A stretch of 64,000 nt of DNA from Gemmatimonadales bacterium (GTDB lineage Bacteria; Gemmatimonadota; Gemmatimonadetes; Gemmatimonadales; GWC2-71-9). The notes under the pieces were generated by a model that had not been told where the DNA came from, ran no database searches, and saw only the letters and a list, made by a program, of their open reading frames with translations. The DNA lies in contig JBBDNM010000053.1 of NCBI GenBank assembly GCA_040877595.1, forward strand, positions 6,560 through 70,559, given 5' to 3'. Positions 6,961-15,138 of the stretch are shown here, in pieces. The position numbers were made by a program, and so were the translations under genes. How positions within the stretch are numbered: position 1 is the stretch's first letter; each line of letters starts with the position of its first letter.

Positions 6961-9615
6961 ATGAGCGAGCCGTTCGACCGACTCAAGGCGGCGATCGCGG
7001 ATCGGTACGCGATCGAACGCGAGGTGGGCAGTGGCGGCATGGCCACGGTTTACCTCGCCGACGACGCCCGACACCGCCGGAAGGTCGCGCTCAAGGTACT
7101 CCGGCCCGAGGTCGGCCAGACGCTCGGCCCCGAGCGGTTCTTCCGCGAGATTGAAATCGCGGCCCAGTTGCAGCACCCCAACATCCTGCCATTGCTCGAC
7201 TCCGGCGAGGCCGGCGGGTTCCTCTACTACGTCATGCCGTATGTGGACGGCCCGTCCCTGCGCGACCGCATCGCGCATCAGGGCGAGCTGCCGGTGCACG
7301 ACGCGGTGAAGATCCTGACCGAGGTGGTGGATGCGCTCGCCGCGGCGCACGCGCGGGGCATCGTCCACCGCGACATCAAACCCGACAACGTGATGCTCAC
7401 CGGGCGGCACGCCATGGTCACCGACTTTGGCGTGGCCAAGGCGCTGCACGAGGCCACCGGCAGGCAGAAGCTCACGACCGCCGGTGTGGCGCTCGGGACG
7501 CCGAGCTACATGGCGCCGGAACAGGCGGCGGGCGAGACCAACCTGGACGCGCGGGTGGACATCTACGCCGTCGGTTGCCTGGCGTACGAGATGCTCACCG
7601 GGCGCCCGCCGTTCACCGGCCCCACGGTTCAGGCCATTCTCGCGGCGCACATGACCGAGGAGCCCCAATCACTGCGCCAGCGGCGGGCAAGCGTGAGCCC
7701 GGCACTCGATCAGGTCGTGCTCAAGTGCCTGGCGAAACACTCGGCCGACCGGTGGCAGACCGCCGACGAACTCCTGCATCAGCTCGAGAGCCTGGTGACG
7801 CCGAGCGGCGGGGTGACCCCCACCGACACGCGGCCGGTCAAGGCAGCGACCGTGCGGGTTCCGAATACCCGCCTGCGGGTCGGCGTCGCGGTCGGTGCGC
7901 TCGTGATTGCCGTCGGCGCCTTCTATGCGCTTCAGGGCGGCGGCGGCCTGCCGCCGGTCACGTTCGGCGACACGCGGCAGATCACGCTGGACGAAGGCCT
8001 GGAGCTGGACCCGGCCCTGTCCCCGGACGGACGGTTCGTGGCGTACTCGGCCGGGCCGACCGAGCGCATGAGGGTCTTTGTGCGTTCCCTGGCGGGCGGG
8101 ACGCCGGTGCAGGTGTCCGGTACGCAACCCGGAGACCATCGCATGCCGCGGTGGTCGCCGGACGGATCGAACATCGCGTTCTCGACCCCCGCGGGCGTGT
8201 ATGTGACCCCCGCCCTTGGCGGCGCGGCCCGGTTGATAACGGACGTGGGAGCGTTCGGTACCTGGTCGCCCGACGGGCGGCGGCTGGCGTACGTGACCGG
8301 GAGCACCACGGCCTCGCGGCTCGAGGTGTCGGACGTGGGTGGGGGAGGGCGCCGGGTCATTGCCGAAGGATTCGACATCCATACGCTGTCCTGGTCGCCG
8401 GATGGGCGCTTCGTGGCCTACGTGTCGGGTAACTGGCAGTACATGTATGGCGGCACCGTGCTCGGCAATCTCGGCCCCAGCGCGATCCATGTGGTGCCGG
8501 CCGACAGCGGGACCGCCATCGCCGTCACGGATCGCGAGTTCCTGCATACGAGTCCGGTCTGGGCGCCGGACGGCCGCAGTCTCTACCTCGTCTCAACCCG
8601 CGACGGTGGCCGCGACATCTACCGCCTGCCCATCGCGGGAGACGGCAGCGCCGCCGGACCGATCGAGCGTCTCACCACCGGCCTGCACGCCGGCACGATA
8701 TCGTTTTCCGGCCACGGCGCCTTGCTGGCCTACTCGGTCTTCACCAACACGGCCAACATCTGGTCGGTGCCGGTGCCGGCGACGGGCTCCGTCTCCGTGT
8801 CGAGCGCCGTGCCCGTGACGCGCGGCAACCAGCACATCGAGGGGGTTGACCTCTCCGATGACGGCCGCTGGCTGGCGTTCGACTCGGACCGTGGCGGCAA
8901 CGTGGACATCTACCGGATGCCGGTGACCGGCGGCGACCCGATCCAGGTGACGACCCATCCGTCGGACGATTTCATCCCGGCCTGGTCACCGGACGGGCGG
9001 GAGATCGTGTTTCACTCGTGGCGCAACGGCCACCGCGATCTCTACGTCATCTCGGCCGAAGGCGGCGCCGAGGTCCGGCTGACCGACGATCCGGGCCAGG
9101 ACTTCTACGCGGATTTCACGCCGGACGGGCGCCGGATCGCGTTTCACTCCACCCGCACCGGCGTCAATGAACTCCATGTCATCGAGCGGACCGAGGTCGG
9201 ATGGGGTGAAGCGCGGTCCCTCGGAATTCGCGGCACGAACGCGCGGTGGTCACCCGACGGACAGTGGCTGCTCTACAACGTCGGGGGCGCAATCCGGCTG
9301 GTCCGACCCGACGGTACGGACCACCGGCTCCTGCTGGAACCGTTCGTGCGGGACGGCGTGCGGTGGGCCGCCTCGTATGCTCACTGGTCGCGCGACGGCC
9401 GGACGGTGCTGTTCAGGGGCAACAGCCCCGCCGGCGGACGGGCCTTCTGGAGCGTGCCCGCCTCGGGCGGAACACCGCGGATGACTGTGCGCTTCGACGA
9501 TCCGGACCGACCGAGTGGGCGTATGGAGTTCGCCACCGACGGCCGCACGCTCTATTTCACCGTGGACAACCGGCAGGCGGACATCTGGGTGGTGGCGCTG
9601 CGTTCCGGCCGCTAG
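6961..9615 (+). CDS. Ser/Thr protein kinase with TM segment and C-terminal PD40/TolB-like beta-propeller repeats
   Basis: GSGGMATVY, VALKVL, HRDIKPDNVM, DFGVAK, GTPSYMAPE kinase motifs. TM VGVAVGALVIAVGAFYAL. Many WSPDG repeats. ATG 6961 chosen over the longer ORF start. Confidence 0.9.
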   Translation: MSEPFDRLKAAIADRYAIEREVGSGGMATVYLADDARHRRKVALKVLRPEVGQTLGPERFFREIEIAAQLQHPNILPLLDSGEAGGFLYYVMPYVDGPSLRDRIAHQGELPVHDAVKILTEVVDALAAAHARGIVHRDIKPDNVMLTGRHAMVTDFGVAKALHEATGRQKLTTAGVALGTPSYMAPEQAAGETNLDARVDIYAVGCLAYEMLTGRPPFTGPTVQAILAAHMTEEPQSLRQRRASVSPALDQVVLKCLAKHSADRWQTADELLHQLESLVTPSGGVTPTDTRPVKAATVRVPNTRLRVGVAVGALVIAVGAFYALQGGGGLPPVTFGDTRQITLDEGLELDPALSPDGRFVAYSAGPTERMRVFVRSLAGGTPVQVSGTQPGDHRMPRWSPDGSNIAFSTPAGVYVTPALGGAARLITDVGAFGTWSPDGRRLAYVTGSTTASRLEVSDVGGGGRRVIAEGFDIHTLSWSPDGRFVAYVSGNWQYMYGGTVLGNLGPSAIHVVPADSGTAIAVTDREFLHTSPVWAPDGRSLYLVSTRDGGRDIYRLPIAGDGSAAGPIERLTTGLHAGTISFSGHGALLAYSVFTNTANIWSVPVPATGSVSVSSAVPVTRGNQHIEGVDLSDDGRWLAFDSDRGGNVDIYRMPVTGGDPIQVTTHPSDDFIPAWSPDGREIVFHSWRNGHRDLYVISAEGGAEVRLTDDPGQDFYADFTPDGRRIAFHSTRTGVNELHVIERTEVGWGEARSLGIRGTNARWSPDGQWLLYNVGGAIRLVRPDGTDHRLLLEPFVRDGVRWAASYAHWSRDGRTVLFRGNSPAGGRAFWSVPASGGTPRMTVRFDDPDRPSGRMEFATDGRTLYFTVDNRQADIWVVALRSGR

Positions 9616-10848
9616 TCACGCCCGCCGCAGCACCAGCGCCGCATTCACCCCGCCAAACCCGAACGAATTCGACAGGATAATCTCCGGCGCCGGCAGGGTG
9701 TCGCCGTTCGCGTGATGCCGCAAGCCGCACGCGGGATCCACATCCACCAGGTTGATAGTGGGTGGTAGCCAGTCACGCCTGAGCGCCAGTGCGCAGATGG
9801 CCGCCTCGATCGCCCCGCTCGCGCCGAGCGCGTGGCCGTAGTACCCCTTGGTGCCGCTCACCACCACGCGCGTGGCGTGCTCACCGAACACCGTCCGGAT
9901 GGCCAGGGTCTCCGTGGCATCATTGAGCGGCGTGGACGACCCGTGCGCGTTGATATATCCCACCTCATGGGGTGCCACGTGGGCGTCGGCGAGCGCCAGG
10001 CGCATCGCGCGCGCGGCCTGCGCGCCGTCGGGCCTCGGCGCAGTCATGTGATGCGCGTCGTTGGTGAGCGCATAACCCGCGAGGGTGCCGTAGATCGGTG
10101 CGCCGCGCGCCTCGGCCCGGTCGCGCCGTTCCAGCACGAGCACGGCGGCGCCTTCCCCCATGACGAAGCCGTCCCGGCCCGCATCGAATGGCCGCGACGC
10201 GGTCGCCGGATCGTCGTTCCGTGTGGACATCGCCCGAATCAGCGTGAACGACGCAAAGCACAAAGGCGACAGCGGCACCTCGGCGCCGCCCGCCAGCATC
10301 ACGTCGGCTTCGCCGCGCGTGAGCACGCGCAGCGCCTCGCCGATCGCGATCGCGCCGGACGCGCACGACATGCCGTTCGTGGCGTTCGGACCGGTGGCGC
10401 CCGTATGAATCGCGATATTGCACGACACCGCGCCGCCGAAGACACTCAGCGCAAGACTGGCATCCACGCCGCGCAGTCCGTGTGCCCCAAACACGGCCGC
10501 CTGCTCCTCCGCGAACGAGATCCCGCCCAGGGCGGAGCCCATCATGACGCCGATGCGGTCGCGATTCTCCGTAGCAGGATCGAGGTCCGCGTCGGCCAGC
10601 GCCATCTTTGCCGCCGCAACGCCCATCTGCGAGAAGCGGTCGAGCCGGCGCAGGGCGCGCCGGTCCAGGTGGTCTGCCGCGTCGAAATCGGGCACCTCGC
10701 CGGCCATGCGGCTGCGGAACGGCTCCGGATCGAACCGCGTGATGGTGCGCACGGCCGATTGCTGCGCCTGGAGGCCCCGCCACAGGCCATCCGCGCCCGT
10801 ACCGATGGGGGTGATGCAGCCGATGCCCGTGATGACGACCTCGGTCAT
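9616..10848 (-). CDS. Beta-ketoacyl-ACP synthase I/II family (FabF-like condensing enzyme)
   Basis: MTEVVITGIGCITPIG N-terminus. Active-site GMSCASGAIAIG, NDAHHMTAP and INAHGSSTP (Cys-His-His triad). C-terminal SNSFGFGGVNAALVL. ATGA overlap with the upstream gene. Confidence 0.9.
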   Translation of the reverse strand: MTEVVITGIGCITPIGTGADGLWRGLQAQQSAVRTITRFDPEPFRSRMAGEVPDFDAADHLDRRALRRLDRFSQMGVAAAKMALADADLDPATENRDRIGVMMGSALGGISFAEEQAAVFGAHGLRGVDASLALSVFGGAVSCNIAIHTGATGPNATNGMSCASGAIAIGEALRVLTRGEADVMLAGGAEVPLSPLCFASFTLIRAMSTRNDDPATASRPFDAGRDGFVMGEGAAVLVLERRDRAEARGAPIYGTLAGYALTNDAHHMTAPRPDGAQAARAMRLALADAHVAPHEVGYINAHGSSTPLNDATETLAIRTVFGEHATRVVVSGTKGYYGHALGASGAIEAAICALALRRDWLPPTINLVDVDPACGLRHHANGDTLPAPEIILSNSFGFGGVNAALVLRRA

Positions 10849-11300
10849 GCCGACTCCGCGCGCCGCTTGACCCCGGCGAGGGTACGTGAGGCAATGTGGT
10901 GGATGAACACGGGGCCGATCACCGCGTTCGCCGCGAACCGCCCAATCAGTGGCCAGCGCGGTCCCCGCCACTCGTGCACCAGTTCGATGCGGGTGCCGGT
11001 TCCGTCCGATCGGATTTTCCAGGCCACATCCATGCCGGTGGTGATACCCCCGATGTGCCGGTACAGCACCGTGTGCGTGTCGGGCACCACGTGCATCTCC
11101 GACACCCACCAGGTGGGCCACGGGAAGGGGCCGAAGTGCCGGTACGCGCTCATCTCGACGACTCCGCCGTTGGTGCGCCGGTCGAGGAACCGCACATAGC
11201 GGTAGTGCGGCAGGATCGCGGGCCAGCCTTCGACGTCGGCGGCGACCGCAAAGGCGTCCGCGGGCGTCGCCGCAACGTGGGTCGTGTCCACGGTGCGCAT
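10845..11300 (-). CDS. SRPBCC (polyketide cyclase/dehydrase, START-like) family protein
   Basis: 151 aa. The V.A.P...F....D.E.WP..LPHY pattern is typical of SRPBCC ligand-binding proteins. Stop/start overlaps on both sides. Confidence 0.65.
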   Translation of the reverse strand: MRTVDTTHVAATPADAFAVAADVEGWPAILPHYRYVRFLDRRTNGGVVEMSAYRHFGPFPWPTWWVSEMHVVPDTHTVLYRHIGGITTGMDVAWKIRSDGTGTRIELVHEWRGPRWPLIGRFAANAVIGPVFIHHIASRTLAGVKRRAESA

Positions 11301-11968
11301 CAGGTGCGCCACCAGGCGACGAGCCGCCAACCGGGACGACGTCGCACCGTGGGGTGGGCGCCGGCGCGCCGGCACAAGTGGTCCAGCTCCATACGCGAGA
11401 ACCCTTTCTCGACGGACGTGACGCTATCGACGTGGGTCACGGGGTGGAACCCCAGAAGGCGGGAGGCGATCCAGATGCCAGCCCGCGCGATTGGGGAGCG
11501 CCGAAGGTCGGCAATCACCACGCCGATCCGGGCGAACGTGCTCACGTTGCGAAGAAACGCGGGCACGGCACCGCGCGGCAGGTGGTGCAGTACCTGACTG
11601 ACGATCACCACGTCCACGGATCGCGGGGGGAGCGGGATCGCGTGCAGGTCGGCGACCACCGCAGGGACACCGCGGGCGCGACTCATGGTCGCCGCACAGT
11701 GCAAATGATCGAACGCGAGGGGCGTGACGCGCCACGGCAGGTGGCGGCGCAGGTCGTCGGCGATGTCCCCCGCGCCCGCGCCCAGATCCAGCAGCGTGAC
11801 CGGTCGATCTCGCGGGATACCGGTGAGCAGGCGGGTGACCCCCCAGCGTACTGCGTGGCGGCCACCGAACAAACGGTTGATGACCACGATGTCCCGGAGG
11901 CTGGCCGAGGCGGTGGCGGGATCGGCTGCGCGATCGTCAAGGGTCTCGAGCGTGTCGAAAGACGTCAT
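11300..11968 (-). CDS. Class I SAM-dependent methyltransferase
   Basis: Motif I VTLLDLGAGAGDIADDL and post-I/II motifs (VVIVSQVLHHL). ATGA overlap with the upstream FAD enzyme. Confidence 0.8.
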   Translation of the reverse strand: MTSFDTLETLDDRAADPATASASLRDIVVINRLFGGRHAVRWGVTRLLTGIPRDRPVTLLDLGAGAGDIADDLRRHLPWRVTPLAFDHLHCAATMSRARGVPAVVADLHAIPLPPRSVDVVIVSQVLHHLPRGAVPAFLRNVSTFARIGVVIADLRRSPIARAGIWIASRLLGFHPVTHVDSVTSVEKGFSRMELDHLCRRAGAHPTVRRRPGWRLVAWWRT

Positions 11969-13110
11969 CGGACGAGCGCTAGCAGGAACGTTGGCGAAAG
12001 CGCACGGGATGCCGGCACCACGTGGCCGGTCACGCCGACCAGCGTGTCGAGCAGGGCGGGACGGCGCGCCAGCCGGTGCGCGATGTGGTTGAACAGGCGG
12101 GGCCGCGCCACCGCCGCACTGATGGCGCGCTCGACCACCCACTTGCCGGCAAAGGCGCGTCGGCGGGCGGCGGCGTAGCCCCGCAGGTTGTCGGGGGTCA
12201 ATGCAGCAATCGCGGCGAGTTCCGCGCCTTTGAGCGCCGTCCAGATGCCGTCTCCAGTAAACGGGTCGAAAAACTCGGCGGCATCGCCCACCAGGAGAAG
12301 ACGGTCGCCAGTCACTTGTCGCGCCCGCTGGCCAAACGGACCGATCCCGCGCACGGGTTCCACGCGGCGGCCCTGCGCCAGCCGATCGGCGACGCGCGGG
12401 ACGCTCGCGATGAGCGCATCGAACCAGGCGGTGGCATCCGCGCGCGGGCGGCCCTGCCGTCGGTCCACCACCACGCTGATATTGACGAGCGATGGGCCCA
12501 CCGAGGCCAGGCCCACGTAGCCAAAATGGGTGACGTGCATTTCCCCGTCGTCACTCATGCCCGGCACGTCGGCGTAGTGGGTCACGAGGGCGATGCGATG
12601 CGACGTGCCGGGATGCACCCCCACCGTCTGGCGCGCCACGCGCGAATGCAATCCATCGGCGCCCACCAGCAAGTCGGCCGTCAGCGTTGATCCACCTGGC
12701 AGCCGAAGCGTCCACGGTGGTCCCGGCTCGTAGGCGACGACCGTTTGGCCGGGCAGGAAGACGGCGCCGCGATCGGCCGCATGCTGCGCGAGGATCTGGT
12801 CAAGGGTTTCGCGGGGCAGGGCGAAGCCCTCGTGGTTGGGAAAGCGGCCGGTGGACGCGGTGCCATCAGGCGCCACGATCCGCATACCGCGAACGGTGGC
12901 GGCACCCGAGCGACGGAGCGCTGCGCCGACACCGAGCCGATCCAGCGCATCCACGGCACCGGGCGACAGATATTCGGCGCAGGGCTTGGCGCGGGGAAAG
13001 ATCGCGCGGTCGATGAGGGCCACCCGCGCGCCGCGCACGGCCAGGTGGGCGGCGGTGGCGCTGCCGGCCGGACCCGCGCCGACAATGGCGGCGTCGAACT
13101 GCGCATGCAT
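11965..13110 (-). CDS. FAD-dependent oxidoreductase, geranylgeranyl-reductase-like family
   Basis: FDAAIVGAGPAGSATAAHLAVRGARVALIDR dinucleotide fold, CAEYLSPG, and LLVGDAAEFFDPFTGDG. ATG 13110 preferred over 13146. Confidence 0.8.
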   Translation of the reverse strand: MHAQFDAAIVGAGPAGSATAAHLAVRGARVALIDRAIFPRAKPCAEYLSPGAVDALDRLGVGAALRRSGAATVRGMRIVAPDGTASTGRFPNHEGFALPRETLDQILAQHAADRGAVFLPGQTVVAYEPGPPWTLRLPGGSTLTADLLVGADGLHSRVARQTVGVHPGTSHRIALVTHYADVPGMSDDGEMHVTHFGYVGLASVGPSLVNISVVVDRRQGRPRADATAWFDALIASVPRVADRLAQGRRVEPVRGIGPFGQRARQVTGDRLLLVGDAAEFFDPFTGDGIWTALKGAELAAIAALTPDNLRGYAAARRRAFAGKWVVERAISAAVARPRLFNHIAHRLARRPALLDTLVGVTGHVVPASRALSPTFLLALVR

Positions 13111-13175
13111 GTCGAGAATATTACCGAGTTCTCGCGGTCGTGGCACTTTCTCGTATCTTGGGGTAGGAGACCGTC

Positions 13176-13622
13176 ATGCACCGTATTCTGCCCCTGATGC
13201 TCGCGCTCGCTTGCAGCGACACCATTGACGTGTACGACGCCGTAGGGCTCGCGGCCGAGGTGCTGGTGAGCCCGCCGGCCGGTACGGTTGGCGATCCGGT
13301 CACCGTCACCGTGCGCGTGGTCAACCTCAACGAAGGCGACCTGACCCTGCGGTTCCCTTCCAACTGTGTGTTTACGTACGTCATTCTCGATACCGAGGAA
13401 GAACTCGTGGCGCCGTCTAACGCCTGCGGGGGCGGGTCGGTGACGCACACGTTCCCGGTCGGTGTGTCGGAGCAGAGCTTTACGTTCACGATTGGCGATG
13501 CCACGCATCAAATCGGCGCGGGCACGTATCAGGTCTTCGGCGGGGTGGGATTCCCGCTCGCCGTTGTCAGTGATCCGAGTACCCTTCACGTCAACACGCT
13601 GGAGCTACGTCATGCGCGGTAA
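13176..13622 (+). CDS. Lipoprotein, Ig-like/BsuPI-like fold suspected (cassette copy 2, gene A)
   Basis: Paralogue of 5890-6336 (116/148 identical). Lipobox LALAC-SD. The conserved upstream block GGCACTTTC..TAT..TGGGGTAGGAGACCG is shared with copy 1. Confidence 0.7.
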   Translation: MHRILPLMLALACSDTIDVYDAVGLAAEVLVSPPAGTVGDPVTVTVRVVNLNEGDLTLRFPSNCVFTYVILDTEEELVAPSNACGGGSVTHTFPVGVSEQSFTFTIGDATHQIGAGTYQVFGGVGFPLAVVSDPSTLHVNTLELRHAR

Positions 13623-13959
13623 GATGTTCGCTTTGTTGTTGGTAGTGGCCTGCGGAGATGCAACGACCGATCCGAATGGCAACGGGAACGGCAACAACCC
13701 GCTGCCCACCACCGCCTCGGTCACGGTGGCGGACAACAGCTTCACGCCGGGCCGCGTGGACCTGGCGGTGCACGGGACCGTGACGTGGACATGGGCGGGG
13801 TTTACCCAGCACACGCTCACGTTTGACGATGCCGATATTGCGTCGGCCGGTGCCCGCACCACGGGGAACACGTCGCGCCTGTTCTCGGCGGCGGGTGAGT
13901 ACACGTACTTCTGCGAGATCCATGGACGCGGGATGTCGGGGAGGGTTGTGGTGCAGTAA
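13612..13959 (+). CDS. Cupredoxin lipoprotein (cassette copy 2, gene B)
   Basis: Paralogue of 6326-6673. Identical YTYFCEIHGRGMSGRVVV copper-site region. Same 11-nt overlap geometry. Confidence 0.8.
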   Translation: MRGKMFALLLVVACGDATTDPNGNGNGNNPLPTTASVTVADNSFTPGRVDLAVHGTVTWTWAGFTQHTLTFDDADIASAGARTTGNTSRLFSAAGEYTYFCEIHGRGMSGRVVVQ

Positions 13960-13963
13960 CTGC

Positions 13964-14010
13964 GGGGGCAAGGGGCAGGGGGCAGGGGGCAAAGGTGCAA
14001 GGGTGCAACG
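13964..14010 (+). repeat. Degenerate GGGGCA(R)/GGTGCA(R) heptad array; G-quadruplex motif
   Basis: GGGGGCAAGGGGCAGGGGGCAGGGGGCAAAGGTGCAAGGGTGCAACGG read directly, 5 nt after the cupredoxin stop. Confidence 0.9.
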
Positions 14011-14107
14011 GAGATGGGAGAACACGTCGGCATGGCCGACAGGTCTGCCGAGCCGCGGCGTCACGCCGCGAGCTCGCGAGTTCGGGCGGCGCGGGCCAAT
14101 CCGCACG

Positions 14108-15019
14108 TTAACGGTCCGCGACGATTCGATCCGCCGGATGCACCCGGGGTCGAGTGCGGGTGGCGATCAAGAGGCCGCCGATGATGCCCAGGCCGCCCAC
14201 CAGAATCCGCCACGTAAACGCCTCGCCGAGTACGAGGTTGCCGAGGATCACGGCGATCAGGGTTGACAGCACCGGAATCAGCATTGCGCGGGTCACTTCC
14301 ATGCGCTGGATCAGCCAGTAGAGCAGCACGAACGACAACGCGCTGCCTACCATGGCGAGATAGAGCACGACGCTCACGGTCGTCAGGTTCCACGGGTACT
14401 GCAGCGGGTTGCCTTCGAGCGGAATGCCGATGGCCAGCATCGGCACGAACCCGAACACCATCTGCACCGCGGTGAGTGTCACCGGGTCAATGTGAACGAT
14501 GTCCTTCTTCACGATGATGTCGGCCAGTGCAGTGCCAAGGGCCGCGAGCACAATGGCCAGCGCGCCGAGCAGCGCGAGCGTACCGTTCACGGCGATCTGG
14601 TTATAGAAGATGAGCACCACGCCCGCCGCGGCGAGGCCCACGCCTATCACCTTGCGCTTGGTCAGCGGTTCCGCCGGTAACAGCCAATGCGCGAGCAGGA
14701 TGCCGCTGATGGGGAAGGTGGTGTAGAGAATCGCCGCGAGTCCCGACGAAATGTGGGTCTCGCCCCAGAACACCAGCGCGTAGTTCATCGAGAATGTGAG
14801 AAAGCCGGTCAGTGCCATGAGCCACCATTCGCGCGCGGTGTACGTCAACGGGCGGCGGCGCAGCAACAACCAGATCACGAGCGGGATCGAGGCCACGACA
14901 AAACGGATCCCCGCGAACGTGACCGGCGGCAGTCCCGCATCGAGTCCCACCTTGATGAAGAGCCAGGTGGAACCCCAGGTGAGGGCGAGGAAGAGCCAGA
15001 CGAAGGCGGGGAGAGACAC
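14108..15019 (-). CDS. EamA/DMT-family transporter
   Basis: Ten hydrophobic helices and two EamA-like halves (LTWGSTWLFIKVGL..., FVLLYWLIQR). GTG 15019 chosen because the longer ORF runs through the repeat array. Confidence 0.85.
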   Translation of the reverse strand: MSLPAFVWLFLALTWGSTWLFIKVGLDAGLPPVTFAGIRFVVASIPLVIWLLLRRRPLTYTAREWWLMALTGFLTFSMNYALVFWGETHISSGLAAILYTTFPISGILLAHWLLPAEPLTKRKVIGVGLAAAGVVLIFYNQIAVNGTLALLGALAIVLAALGTALADIIVKKDIVHIDPVTLTAVQMVFGFVPMLAIGIPLEGNPLQYPWNLTTVSVVLYLAMVGSALSFVLLYWLIQRMEVTRAMLIPVLSTLIAVILGNLVLGEAFTWRILVGGLGIIGGLLIATRTRPRVHPADRIVADR

Positions 15020-15034
15020 GAAGGATTCTAACAA

Positions 15035-15072
15035 GGGTGCAAGGAGCAGGGGGCAGGGTGCAGGGGACAGGG
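15035..15072 (+). repeat. Degenerate G-rich heptad array (GGGTGCAA GGAGCAG GGGGCAG GGTGCAG GGGACAG GG); G-quadruplex motif
   Basis: Read directly in the 119-nt divergent spacer between eamA (15019) and the histidine kinase (15139). Confidence 0.85.
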
Positions 15073-15138
15073 TTCCCCTAACCCAACCCTGACACCCCTC
15101 CGTTGGACCTCTGGCCCGGGCCGGCGTAGTATCCACGC

